Assembly (NCBI RefSeq): GCF_004010195.1
Contig: NC_057719.1
Location: 31,525,468-31,589,467 of the forward strand
DNA length: 64,000 bases
Reading direction: 5' to 3'
DNA from: Chiloscyllium plagiosum
Taxonomy: Eukaryota
Part shown: one piece after another, positions 13,772 through 26,834 of the stretch
Layout of the letters: each line of letters starts with the position of its first letter
Numbering within the stretch: position 1 is the first letter of the stretch
Notes under the pieces: model-generated
The model's database searches: none
What the model was told of the DNA's origin: nothing
Seen by the model: only the letters and a program-made list of their open reading frames with translations
Position numbers and translations under genes: made by a program

Positions 13772-15326
13772 TCCATGCCGTCCAGATCTCCTAACCTGAT
13801 CTAGTCCTATTTGCCAGCACTTGGCCCATATCCTTTTAAACCCTTCCTAGTCATATACCCTCCAAATGCCTTTTAAATGCTGTAATTGTACCAGCCTCCA
13901 CCACTTTCTCTGGCAGCTCATTCCATACACGCACACTCTGTGTGAAACAGTTGTCATTTAGGTCCCTTTTATATCTTTCCCTTCTCACCCTAAGCCTACG
14001 CCCTCTCATTCTGGACTGCCTCACCCAGGGAAAAGACCTTGTCTATTTCTCCTATCCATGCCCCTCATGATTTTATAAACCTCTATAAGGTCACCGCTCA
14101 ACCTCTGACGCTCCAGAGAGAACAGCCCCAGCCTATTCAGCCTCTCACTATAGCTCAAATCATCCAACCATGGCACCATCCTTGTAAATCTTTTCTGAAC
14201 CCTTTCAAGTTTCACAACATCCTTCCGATAGGAGACCAGAATTGTATCCAATATTCCAAAAGTGGCCTAACCATTGTCCTGTATAGCAGTAACATAATCT
14301 CCCAACTCCTATGCTCAATGCTCTGACCAATAAAGGAAAACATACCAAACACTGCCTTCACTATCCTATCTACCTGTGACACGACTTTCAAGGAACTATG
14401 AACCTGGACTCCAAGATGTGTTTGTTCAGCAACACTCTCCAGGACCTTACCATCAATTTTATAAATCCTGCTCTGATTTGCTTTTCCAAAGTGCAGCACC
14501 TCGCATTTATGTAATTTAAACTCCAACTGCCGCTCCTCTGCCCATTGGCCCATCTGTTCAAGATCCCATTGTACTCTGAGGAAACCTTCTTCACTGTTCA
14601 CTACACCTCCAATTTTGGGGTCATTTGCAAACATATTAATTATACCTCATATGTTCACATCCAAATCATTTATATAAATGACAAAAAGCAGTGGAACCAG
14701 CACTGATCCTTGTGGTGCACCACAGTTCACAGGCCTCCAGTCTGAAAAGCAACCCTCCATCACCGCCCTCTGTCTTCTCCCTTCGAACCAGTTCTGTATC
14801 CAAATGGTTAATTCTGCCTGTATTCCATGAGATCTAACCTTGCTAACCAGTCTTCCATGGGAAACCTTGTTGAATGTGTCTCTGAAGTCTATAGAGATCA
14901 CATCTACTGCTCTGCTGTCATTAAACCTCTTTGTTACTTCTTCAGAAAACTCAATCACGTTCATGAGTCCTGATTTCCCATGCACATAGCCATGCTGACT
15001 ATCCCGAATCAGTCCTTGCCTTTCCAAACACATGTAAATCTTGTCCCTCAGGATTCCCTCCAACAACTTGCCCACCACTGATGTCAGGCTCACCGGTCTA
15101 TAGTTCCCTGGCTTTTCCTTACCATCTTTCTTAAATAGTGGCACTATGTTAACCAACCTCCAGTCTTCCTGTGCCTCCCCTGTAACTATTGGTGATCCAA
15201 ATATCTCAGCAAGGGGCCCAGCAATCACTTCCCTTGTTTCCCACAGAGTTCATGCGTGCACCTAATCGGGTCTTGGGGATTTATCCATTTTTATGTGTTT
15301 CAAGACGTCCAGCACCACTGCCTCTG
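13772..15326 (-). mobile_element. CR1 LINE RT/3' fragment
   Basis: ORFs 14647-15228, 14212-14634 and 14021-14251 encode CR1 RT and C-terminal motifs. Confidence 0.93.
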
Positions 15327-15794
15327 TGACTGAAAGCTTAAAGGAAGCAGAGGAGTAATAACTTTTCATTGTCCTTATGAGGGAAAACAGAATTTTGCCA
15401 AGAGAAATAGGAAGTAATCTCGACAGAAAGACCTCCATGGTTTGGTTTTTCTGAACACCACCAATGCCACACACTCCTGAAGAAAGACACTGGGTAATTG
15501 GGCAGGTTAGCTCATGCTTAAGACCTTTGTTAGAGAACCAAGAATTTGGTTCATTAAACAGTGGGATGCATCTTTGAATAAAAATGGCTCATACAGATTT
15601 CACCAAAAATTAAGCTTGAAAAACTATTGGTTGACAGGATAGATAACAAGGCTATATATACTTAAATTAGCTCCTGCTCAGGAGTGTGAGGGCACCTGTG
15701 TTGATTGAAATAAATTATAAGTTTTCTACTGCAAATATGTGAATGTTTGTTTTATTTCTGTGGTGATGTTTGTTAATATTGAATTTTTTGATAG

Positions 15795-16415
15795 ATTCCT
15801 GAACAGGATGAGACCTATATGGAAGACAGCTTTTGTGTTCGTGAGGAAGATGAAGCAGATAGTCAAACTGAGTTAAGTGATGATGACATTGTGAATTTTG
15901 ATCTCTTGAATGATACTCCCGTTGAAAAAAACAAACAGTATGCAACTCGGAACAGAACAAGAGAAAAAATTGCTGAAATAAAAAGTGGTAAACGTGGTTT
16001 GACCAAAAAGAAGAAAGGCAGCCGGATAATTTTGTTGAATGATTCCAGTGAAGATGAACAAGATGTGAATGTAAACCATGAATTGCCAAGAAAGAATTTA
16101 GCACACAACAACAAAAGTAAACAGACTGTAGAAGAGCAAAATACGTCATTTTCTCCAAACCTGACGTTAGTAGGTGACTGTTTCAGTGAATGTTCACCAA
16201 AAATGGCTGTACAACAACCAGCGTGTGTTGGGGATAGAAGTAATACCCTACGTTTCAGTCTCCAGGCTTCGGTGTCTGAAGCATTAGACTTTCAAATACA
16301 GCACAAACATTTGAGAAGGTATAGTTCAGCTGTTGCCTCCGAAATTGCGCTGAACTCAATGCAAGGCAAAGGACAAGATAAATGCCAAGTGAGCAAACTT
16401 CATTCCATTAACTTT
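15795..16415 (+). CDS. FANCM: FANCM large coding exon (IPEQDETYMEDSFCV..., acidic MM3 region and linker)
   Basis: ttttttgatAG acceptor; in frame with ORF 15819-16472. IPEQDETYxEDSFCV is a FANCM motif. Donor TTT|GTAAGT after 16415, with an alternative in-frame donor after 16388. Confidence 0.88.
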
Positions 16416-19194
16416 GTAAGTATCAATTGTAGTTTAGTGTCTGATATACTGGCAATAATTCTGTGTCAGTGAATAAGATAAATTTCAGTATTACATCTGG
16501 TTTAAAACCTGTTATAATGACGCAGGACTAATTATTATGAAACAATGTACAAAAGTGTACAAAAGGAAAAAGCGAAGTTTCTCAAAAAATAATCTGTGCA
16601 TTTTTTTCAGAAACTACTGCAATGTGTTTTGAGCTTTGATACTTCAGGTGGTAAAGATTCCATCGATTTTAAACCTTTATACTTGCATATTCATGTTTTG
16701 TAATCTTAAAAGTTTTGTTATCCTCCATCTCATTCTTTAATTGTATGGGTGGTTTTATTTGTGAAAAGCAACCGTGATTCATTTAAAATGGAACAACATG
16801 GAGTCAGACAGCCAAACCATATCAGCCTTTCTACCTCTGTATTCAATTAAAACTCCAAATGAACTCAAAATTGATCTCGGTTCCTTAGCAGACTTTTGAG
16901 TAATTAATCCTAGACACTATGAATAATCAATCTCAGACACAGGTTTGTATCTTAAAGAAAAGACTTGGCAATTTATTAACTTTAGCAAAGTAACATTAAA
17001 CACAAAAAAACTAATTGGTCTATGCCTTAAACCAAAAATGTTTGTTTTTAAGCCTATTTACACAAAGGACAGACACCCAAGCAAACATAGTTGAGGAATA
17101 AATAAAACAAAACTGGCAAGGTGATTTAAATTGTTTATATGATGCATTGTTTCGCAAATCATAGAGAATGTCACCTTGGTTGATTTTCTGAAGGAGTTGA
17201 TTAGAGTCACCTTTGTACTTCACTCCGATAAAAGCAGTAATACTTAAGCATTTGTTTTCTATTTGCTGAGTTTTCAAGGGCTGCTCATGAGAGGTTAGGC
17301 AAGGAGATTTCAAATCATCTTCTTGCATCAAGAGCCTGATTTCTTCTCTCAGAAAGCACAGTCAAAAATCCAATTCAAACTCTGACCGCTCCCTGACTGA
17401 CTGACCGCCTCCTCCATGTGGTCCCAGTTACCATTCAACATCTGCTATCTGCTTAAGCATAAAGCCTTTTCCAGACTTACTGGAATCAATTCCCAGACAC
17501 TGTCCTCATTAATAGCCACTTCTGCTATCTGTTTAAAACAATGCTCTTCCCTTGTGATGAAACATCTGCAGAACTTTTGATCAGAAATCAATCTGCAATT
17601 AACTTCCAGGCCAAACCTCATGAGTAAACAAAAGCTTGTTTGGTTTGTTTTTCTTTTTAACTTATTTTGTGTTAAAATTCATCTTTAGCTCACAGTTCGC
17701 AGTTCCAAACTAAAAATTGATGAAAGAATAAAATGAAAATAGTGAAAAATCAACGAGGGCTCTAACAGGATGGGTGATCTAAGATTACTAAAGAACTATC
17801 TTAGAACCTATCTCAGTGAAGACTGGAATCATATAAGGCTGTAATACTACACCTCCCCTAAACCAAATTATCCACAGCCATAGAGATAATTTAGACAGAA
17901 GATTTAAAAATCTTCTACATATGATTTTTCAATGTAAAACCAAAGTTACTCTAAATTGGATCATTTAGGTTCATGATGGTGATGACACTTGTATGTGCAC
18001 TCACTCAGAAGCTGTTGACACCCTTTCTGCAGCATATGAAAAATTTCATGAAACTTCCAGAAAACTTTGCCAATCTGCATCCACAGCATAACACCTCTCC
18101 CATTGACTGAAAATCAGCAGAGAGATCCTGGAAAATGTAAACCGTTTTCCAACTCTTGAGAGCCATTGTATCAGCTGTGCCTATAGCCAGCTGAGGGATA
18201 AAGGTATGGGAGGATTGGGATTTGAAACGTGTCAGTCAAGGTTTGGTTTACTGGGTAGAGTGATTTCCAACTTCCTATATCCTTCAGAGATTTGAACTAC
18301 TTTAGAAGCCTTTTCCCTGACAGGGTGTGAAGACTCAGGAGGCACGCTGTGTTCAGGGCAAGTAGAAGTTTATTCATGCAGAAACCGGTTAAAGCAGGGA
18401 GAAGGCCAAAGGATCCTCCCCGGAGGCCAGCCTCGGAAGGGAGGTTTGTGACACACTCTAACGTGTGCAATAAGTGCAGCATTTTTATACATTTCTGTAC
18501 TGTAATGATCACATACAATGTAGTTCTAGCCCTTCCCTCCTAATCCATACACCCAATCCTGTAAAACACCTAATCAGTGATTGACATCCCTATAGCCAGC
18601 CTCAGGTTCTCTTGATCTCATGGTGTTTAACAGGCACTATCATCTCTAGGCTTTAGGATTTTTCTTTGCATCCTATTCATTTGCATTCCAAAGGTAATTG
18701 TTACACTCTGGCTTTATCTGTGGAGACTGTTTGAATTCCCTTATTTATTGTATCTCCTACTGTTCTTATCGAATTCAGTTTTTCATCTTATATTTCCTAA
18801 TGTCCTCGTGTGAAAATACAAAAGTTAGTTTTAACTAGTTGCTGTAAGATTTGTAATATTGATTTCTGTTACAAAGTTAGTTATAAAGTGTTAAAGTCAT
18901 ACAACTATTTCTACGTCAGCGGTTTATGGTTAATGGGTTGCGAGCAATCTATTTTGTTCAGGGTGTAAAAGAAGTCATTTTCCTACAGCGAGTTAACTTC
19001 ACACCTTGGTCTAAATGCTTTTTCTTTAATATATTTTAAACATTGGTTATATGCATGTATTTTGTGTTGAAACCTACCCCTATTATTGTAAAAAATCTTT
19101 AACTGGAACCGATTGTTTTGAGTAACTTTAAAGGAACACGATAACTTGAGCTGTCATTCTGATAGTTGCTTTGGGAGCCGATAAGTTATATCTT

Positions 19195-19374
19195 TCAGGA
19201 GAAAGTGAGGACTGCAGATGCTGGAGATCAGAGCTGAAAATATGTTGCTGGAAAAGTGCAGCAGGTCAGACAGCATCCAAGGAGCAGGAGAATTGACGTT
19301 TTGGGCATGAGCCCTTCTTCAGGTCCTTGGATGCTGCCTGACCTGCTGTGCTTTTCCAGCAACACATTTTCAGC
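19195..19374. mobile_element. Penelope-derived repeat with inverted duplication
   Basis: 12-bp TSD aagttatatctt (19183-19194, 19375-19386); 51-bp inverted arms; hammerhead-like motif on -. Confidence 0.8.
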
Positions 19375-20762
19375 AAGTTATATCTTGCACCTGGTGTTTA
19401 TCCCTTTAGTGACATAATCACCCTTTCATTAATGAAGGTCCGAGTTGGTCGCTTGTATGCCGGTATGCTCTTAGTCAGAAACTGTCTAGAATAGTGAATT
19501 TATGGACTTGGAGTGAGTTTGTTAAAAGATGTTGTTTCTTTAATTAAAGGCTGGAACAGACCGTTAGTCTTGCTTATTTTCCTTCATCCATTTTTTGTTC
19601 TAATTCTAAGGCAAGCTGCCTCTTTCTGCCTCATTTTGTGAGAGTAAATATGGGTCATTTTGTTATAAGCAGGCACCAGAAAGCACTGGAGAAATAGTCA
19701 GTGGTACCTTCACAAGATCCTCCGAATCCATTGGCAAGAAAAGTAGTCCAACATCAAGGTGCTAGAATTCAAAATCCGTTCTGTTAGGTGGGACGTTTTT
19801 CTATCCTTGACATGAATCCTCCAAAGTAGCTGTTCTGCCCTGAACTTTGCTTTCCTAGGGAATGCCCAAGTACACATGGGAAATACTTCAGAGTTGTTTC
19901 AAAGCATTCCTGTGGCTGTCCTGTCTTGTGACTGATTGAAGGTTAATTCAAGAATGCCACAGAACTCATCGTTGACATTTTGGAGGGAGCACAGAAACCT
20001 CCAAACAAAACTGTATTCCTAACGCTTCCAGCATCACCTGCCTCTCCATAAAACAGTCTGTAGATCACTCATTGGACTTAAAGGCCACTTCAGAACCCAG
20101 CAAACCACAGTAGAAGCAAGTAATTCTTGATTCTGAGTGACCACCTAAAGAATAAATTGAAGAAGTATTACCATGTGACATAGTATTTAATAATTTGGAT
20201 AGCCATTTGTGTTGTCCCATTGTGTTCAGATTGTTTCTCAGCAGAAGCAAATATTTTAACAGAAGTTTTTTGGTTCAGTTTTAAAAAAAAAAAATTGCAG
20301 GATAAATATTTTGCATCTTCTGCAGTAAAAGTTCTAATTTAGCTTGTGAACCATTTTAATCACTTTGTTTAAATATGTGAAATGGATTGTGACATTTAGT
20401 AAATGCCATGACCTTGGTTTTTGTTCTAAATTATGTCATTAGGATTTGATTTGATTTATTATATCTATTGTACTTAATATTTAGTGCTTTGTCCTGCCAT
20501 TCTAGATCAAGTTTGATCATCTATCTCAATACTATTTTCCTGTGTTTTCCATGCATCCCTTGATGTCATCTATGTTTTAGAAATCTATCAATTTGAATGT
20601 AGTACAGCATTTACAGTCTTCGGGAATATAGGATTGTAAAGATTTGCCACTCTCCAAGCGAAGACATTCCTTCTGTTTTCAGTCCTAAATGGCTTGCACT
20701 TATTCTGAGATTATATCCTCAGTACTAGACACCCCAGCTAGAAGAAATACTCTTTCTGTTAT

Positions 20763-20975
20763 AAAGAGAACAAAGAAAATTTACAGCCCAGGAACAGACC
20801 CTTCGGCCCTCCAAGCCTGAGCCAATCCAAATGTACTTTCTAAACCTGTCGGTCAGTTCCTAAGCATCCCTCTGCTCCCCACCTACTCATGCATCTGTCC
20901 AGACGCATCTTAAATGAATCTACTGTGCCTGCCTCTACCACCTCTGCTGGCAATGCTTTCCAGACACCCACCACC
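20763..20975 (-). mobile_element. CR1 3' end, same subfamily as the 9811 element
   Basis: Highly similar to 9811-10010. Confidence 0.85.
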
Positions 20976-20991
20976 GATAGCATTAATGCTG

Positions 20992-21079
20992 AGTGTGTGG
21001 TACTGGAAAAGCACAGCAGGTCAGGCAGCATCCAAGGAGCAGGAGAATCGATGTTTCAGGCATAAGCCCTGCAGGAATG
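20992..21079 (-). mobile_element. Penelope-derived short repeat fragment
   Basis: ctggaaaagcacagcaggtcaggcagcatcc, shared with the 7230, 19250 and 41180 copies. Confidence 0.75.
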
Positions 21080-21130
21080 TCCTCTTTCACCTAACATTAA
21101 TGCTGTAAATAGACTCATTTCTGATTACAG

Positions 21131-21488
21131 ATGGAAACTGCCACATTTTCAAGACCAAATGAAAATCTATGTAAAGACATCCCGGTCAGCAATCAACAGT
21201 CTGTATCTCATGGAACAGTTCCACTAAAGGTTCTTGTGGACAGTCGTGAAATCTCCTCTGGGCCAAACCTGGTCTCCTGTTTACGCATTAAACATGGCAT
21301 CAAGGTTGAGATTTGTAATCTCAGTGGATGTGATTATATAGTGAGCAGCCGGATGTCTGTAGAAAGGAAATCCTTTTCAGAGTTTGCTAACAGTACAAAT
21401 CGAAGTAAGCTTGTAGACCGTATTCAGCATCTTCAGGCCATGTTTGAACGTGTGTGTATCATTGTGGAGAAAGATGGAATGAAGCCAG
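21131..21488 (+). CDS. FANCM: FANCM coding exon, ERCC4/XPF-like nuclease domain
   Basis: ttacAG acceptor; encodes VLVDSREISSG...GCDYIVSSRMSVERK...LQAMFERVCIIVEKD; donor G|GTGGGT (phase 1). Confidence 0.95.
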
Positions 21489-22463
21489 GTGGGTAGCTCG
21501 TATGAATTTTATTTTATGATTCTCAGATGCCTCTTAACTAAATTGTTTTGCTTCCTTTTTCATGAGTATTTTATCATCCTCGTTCAAAGATTGTAAATTA
21601 CCATTGCCATATCAAAACATTTTCTATTTGGATGAATATATTTAAGACATGAATACAACTTTGTTGCCCTAACACCTTTTTCTAAATAAACACAATGCAA
21701 CATGCCAACTGTGACTTTGAGAAAGTAGCTCATCTTGGCACTCATTTTAGAAATCTGCTGTTCAGAAGTATAATGGAGATGGGTTGTTAAAGTGTCCTTC
21801 AGTAGAGAGAATGTATGAATTGATTGTTAAATGCTGTAAATATTTTTCTGATCTATCTGTTCAGAGATGTTATTACACAACTCTGGAGCAGGTGGGACTT
21901 AAATCCACATCTTCTGGCTCAGAGGTTAAAAGCTGTAGCGAGTCAAATCAAATCAAATTGTTTTACCTGCTGAGATTTCTACATCATTCCCTAGGCTTTT
22001 GACAGTGTATGGTGCAAAAGTGATTAGTCAGTTTGATTTGTGATGCTATTTTTATCCTTGCCTCCCACACTATGATGTAGAGTCTTTTTTGCCATAACCA
22101 TATACCAACTCAAGAACATGAGCGTGCACACAATCAATTGTTTTTAATTCACAGATGTAACCTTTTCACTGTTGTCTTCTACTAATACTAAAGATGAAAG
22201 TTGTGTTCTTTCTAAAGTGCTTAAATGATATTTTATTACATAGTATGTAACTATACGCCAAATATTTTTGGTTTGGCTATGATGCACAGTATGTTATTTT
22301 ACCACAAAAGGTTAATTAATATTGTGCACCTTTAGAAGTTGCATTCAAAGATGAATAAATTGATAAACATTCTTTGTCAATCTTAAAAATTATTTTGAAG
22401 AATTATTTGTCATTGAAGCAAAAGTGAATTGTGCTAAATTGTCTATATTTCAATAAACTACAG

Positions 22464-22755
22464 GAGATATAGCTAGGATATTCCAGAGAACCAGATACTA
22501 TGATGGGTTGCTAACATCTTTGACTGTTGCTGGAATCCGAATCTTGTTCAGCTCTAGTCAGGAGGAAACGGCAGGTCTGATTGCTGAACTTGCCCATGTT
22601 GAAGAAAGGAAGAATGCAGCTATTACTGTCCCACTGGAGGTTCATGGTTACTGGCAACAAGTTTTACAGTTCTACCTCAGCATTCCTGACATCAGTTATG
22701 TAACAGCTTTAAATCTCTGTCATCGGTTCAACTCTGTGAAAGACGTAGCCAACAG
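22464..22755 (+). CDS. FANCM: FANCM coding exon, end of ERCC4 domain and start of HhH2
   Basis: ctacAG acceptor (phase 1); encodes DIARIFQRTRYYDGLLTSLTVAGIRILFSSSQEETA...LQFYLSIPDISYVTALNLCHRF; donor AG|GTAATT (phase 2). Confidence 0.95.
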
Positions 22756-25236
22756 GTAATTTTACCTCTTGATTTTGACAGGTTTTGTTGTGCTTCATTA
22801 TTTTGCCATGTGCAGCTTGGCATGGAAACTAAACAGGAGAATGAATAATTGAGAAATGGCAGAAATATTAACTAATCACCTGTACTTTGTATCAGCATTT
22901 ATCAGAGATACATGTAAACATGTGTTGGGTAATGAAAACAGAAATGAGATATCTGCAATTTAAATAGAGGTGAAATATGAAATGATCACAATTGTAGGAT
23001 AACTTCCCTTTTCAGCTTACATCCTTGCATTAAAAAAGAATCTTGGATATAGTTAACAAAGACAACACATAGTTTTAATAATTTGTTGATGAAATGTATT
23101 ATGCCAGAGGACTTGTGTGTAGGTAACATAAGACCTGTATCTGAGAAGAAAGACAGAACCTGTCTGCTGAATTATAGTCCAGTCAAGTTAATATTGGTGA
23201 TAGGAAAGGTAATAGAATTTCCAGCAAGGGAGAAAGTAGAAAACTATCCAGAAAATACAAAACGGCCAGCATTGATTTCAAGAGGCAGTCTTTACTGAAG
23301 AAATGTTTTGAAGAGGAAAATGAGAGAATATAGTGATACCGTAGATATAATTTATCTAGATTTTGAAAACATCTAAAATAACAGATTGCATAATAACAAA
23401 CAAAACCAGAGAATATGGAATTAAAAGACCAGGAGAAGAATGAATTTAAGAAGTGTTTGATTCCAAAATTATGTTTGATAGCATATTTGATGAGTATAAT
23501 CAAATACTGAGGAGAACTTCAACACAAGAAATAATTTGTAAATTGGTAGTAATAGATAAATGTGAATTCATACAATAAAGGAGTTGCATATCTAGTTCAT
23601 TTGATTCGATGGCTTCTTTGCAATGCAGAGCAACATCCAAGCGTAGGTAGCACTCCATACCGGCTGAGTTTACCATGAGGGTCTGGAGATATGGTGACCC
23701 TCAGGTTAAACAACCACCAGTCATTTCTCTCTAATGAGCGAATATCCCTAAGATCTGGTAAGAGCATGGTGACTAACCAGGGCTCTTGTGGTGCAGTGTG
23801 ATGGGTTTAGGTGTGTCTATTTTAATGCAAGAAGTAACAAGAATAAGGATGATTAATTTAGAACATTGATCAGTACTTGGAACTATGATGTTATGGCCAT
23901 TACGGATACATGGATATCACAGGGGCAGAAATGGTTGTTGAATGTTCCAGGGTTTAGATGTTTCAAAAGGAATAGGAGGGGAGGTAAAAGAGGTGGCGGA
24001 AGTGAGATGGTTTGTCTACAGAGTCAGTATGGGTGGAAGTCAGAAACAGGAAAAGGACAGTCACTTTATTGGGAGTTTTCTACAGACATCCCAATAGCAA
24101 CAGAGACAAGGAGGAGCAGATTAGGAGGCAGATTTTGGAAAGATGCATAAGTAACAGGGTTTTTGTCATGGGTGACTTCAACTTCCCTAATATAATTGGA
24201 ACCTCCTCAGTTCAAATAGTTTGGATGGAGCAATTTTTTTGTCAGAAATTCTTCCTGGACACACCTGACTCAATATATAAATAGACCGACTAGAGGGGAG
24301 GCCATATTGGATTTGGTGCTTGGTAACGAACCAGGTCAGGTGTCAGATCTCTGTGATCACAATTCCCTGACCGTTACTATAGTTATGGACAGAGAAAGCA
24401 GATGATGGTATGGGAAAGTATTTAACTGGGAGTGGGGTATTTACAATGCTATTAGGCAGGAACTGGGGCACGTAAATTGGGAAATGCTGTCAGGAAAATG
24501 CAAGATAGAAATGTGGAGGTTGTTTAGGGGGTGCTTGCCGATAGTGCTGGACAGGTTTGTCTCACTGAAGCAAGGAAGGGATGGTAGGGTGAAGGAACCT
24601 TAGGGAACAAGGGATGTAAAACATCTAGTCAAGAGGAGGAAGGAAGCTTACTTAAGGTTGAGGAGGCAAGAATCAGACGGGGCTCAAGAGAGCTACAAGG
24701 TAGCCAGGAAGGAACTGACGAATTGACTTAGAGCTGGAAGGGGGCATGAGAAAGCTTAGATAAATCAGATTAAGAAAAATCTCAAGGCATTCTACACTTG
24801 TGAGGAACAAGAGGATGGCTAGAGTGAGGATAGGGCCGATCAGGGATAGTGGAGGGAACTTGTGACTAGATTTGGAGGAGGCAGGGAGGACCTTGATGAA
24901 TAACTTTGCTTCATTATTCACTGCTGAAAGGGACCTTGATGTTTGTGAGGACAATGTGAAACAGGCTGACATGCTCGAAAAGTTAATGTTAAGAAGGAGG
25001 ATGTGCTCAAAATTTTGAAAAACATAAGAATAGATAAGTCCCCTGGACCAGACAGGATAACCCAAAGGTTAGTATGGGAAGCAAGGGAAAAAGATTGCTG
25101 CATCTTTGGTGATGGTCTTTGCATCCTCACTGTCCACTGGAGTAGTGCCAGATGATTGGAGGGTGGCAAATGTAATTTCATTGTTCAAGAAAGGGAATAG
25201 GGATACTCCTGGGAATTACAGACCAGTCTGTCTTAT

Positions 25237-26075
25237 AGAGTCATAGAGTCACAGTGATGTACGGCACGGAAATAGACCATTCCATGCCGACCAGATATCC
25301 TAACCCAATCTAGTCCCACCTGCCAGCACCCGGCCCATATCCCTCCAAACCCTTCCTAATCATATACCCATCCAGATGCCTTTTAAATGTTGCAATTGTA
25401 TGAGCCTCCACCACTTCCTCTGGCAGCTCATTCCATACACTTACCACCCTCTGTGTGAAAAAGTTGCCCCTTAGGTCTCTTTTATATCTTTCCCCTCTCA
25501 CCCTAAACATATGCCCTCTAGTTCTGAACTCCCCGACCTCAGGGAAAAGACTTTGTCTATTTATCCTATCCATGCCCCTCATGATTTTAGTAACCTCTAT
25601 AAGGTCACCCCTCAGCCTCCGACGCTCCAGGGAAAACAGCCCCAGCCTGTTCAGCCTCTCCCTATAGCTCAAATCCTCCAACCCTGGCAACATTCTTGCT
25701 AATCTTTTCTGAACCCTTTCAAGTTTCACAACATCTTTCCAATAGGAAGGAGGCCAGATCTGCACACAATGTCCTGTACAGCTGCAACATGACCTTCCAA
25801 CACCTGTACTCAATACTCTGACCAATAAGGGAAAGCATACCAAACACCGCCTTCACTATCCTATCTACCTGTGACTCCACTTACAAGGAGCTATGTACCT
25901 GAACTCCAAGATCTCTTTGTTCAGCAACACTCCCTAGGACCTTACCATTAAGTGTATAAATAGTGCTAAGATTTCCCAAAATGCAGCACCTCCCATTTAT
26001 CTAAATTAAACTCCATCTGACATTTCTCAGCCCATTGGCCCCTTTGATCAAGATCCCGTTGTAATCTGAGGTAAC
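25237..26075 (-). mobile_element. Nested CR1 3' fragment
   Basis: ORF 25310-25843 encodes the CR1 C-terminus; TSD CTTAT at 25232-25236 and 26076-26080; the host sequence resumes afterwards. Confidence 0.92.
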
Positions 26076-26505
26076 CTTATGTCGGTGGTAGGCAAATTAT
26101 TGGCGAGGATTCTGAGAGATAGGGTTTATGATTACTTGGAAAACCATAGTTTGATTAGAGGTAGTCAACATGGCTTTGTGGGGGGCAGGTCATGCCTCTC
26201 AAGCCTAATTTAAATCTTTGAGGATGTGACAAAACACATTGATGAAGGTAGACCAAAGGATGTGGTGTACATCAATTTTAGCAAGGCGTTTGACAAGGTT
26301 CCTCATGGTAGGCTCATTTAGAAAGTAAGGAGGCATGGGATACAAGGAAATTTGGCTGCCTGGATGCAGAATTGGCTGGCCAATAGTAAACAGAGGGTGG
26401 TAGTAAATGGAGAGTATTCAGTCTAAAGAACAGTGACCAGTGGTGTTTTGCAGGGATCTGTTTTGGGACCTCTACTCTTTGTGATTTTTATAAGTGAGAG
26501 ATCTT

Positions 26506-26834
26506 TTACATTACATTACATTACATTACATTACATTACAGTGTGGAAACAGGCCCTTCGGCCCAACAATCCACACCGCCCCGCCGAAGCGTAACCCACC
26601 CATAACCCTACATATATCCCTTACCTAACACTACGGGCAATTTAGCATGGCCAATTCACCTGACCTGCACATCTTTGGACTGTGGGAGGAAACCGGAGCA
26701 CCCGGAGGAAACCCACGCAGACACTGGGAGAATGTGCAAAATCCACACAGTCAGTCGCCTGAGGTGAGAATTGAACCCGGGTCTCTGGCGCTGTGAGGCA
26801 GTAGTGCTAACCACTGTGCCACCGTGCCGCCCAC
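26506..26834 (-). mobile_element. HE1-type (V-SINE) tRNA-derived SINE
   Basis: GGGCGGCACGGTGGCACAGTGG head, B box, GTCTGCGTGGGTTTCCTCCGGGTGCTCCGG core, (TGTAA)7 tail; TSD GATCTT at 26500-26505 and 26835-26840. Confidence 0.92.

Noticed and set aside
13311..13772. 153-aa ORF on - in a FANCM intron
   Set aside because: No recognisable domain or exon structure, and it starts at a CR1 boundary; probably chance. A BLASTP or RNA-seq check would settle it.
15715..16158. Antisense ORFs of 147, 83 and 68 aa
   Set aside because: Shadows of the purine-rich FANCM exon.
26506..26540. (TTACA)7 array, and (TTAGA)n at 56516-56535
   Set aside because: SINE 3' tails, not CRISPR or telomeric repeats.
26770..26834. 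tRNA-like A/B boxes (also about 30214-30275 and 56740-56800)
   Set aside because: SINE heads continuing into SINE bodies; no full cloverleaf.
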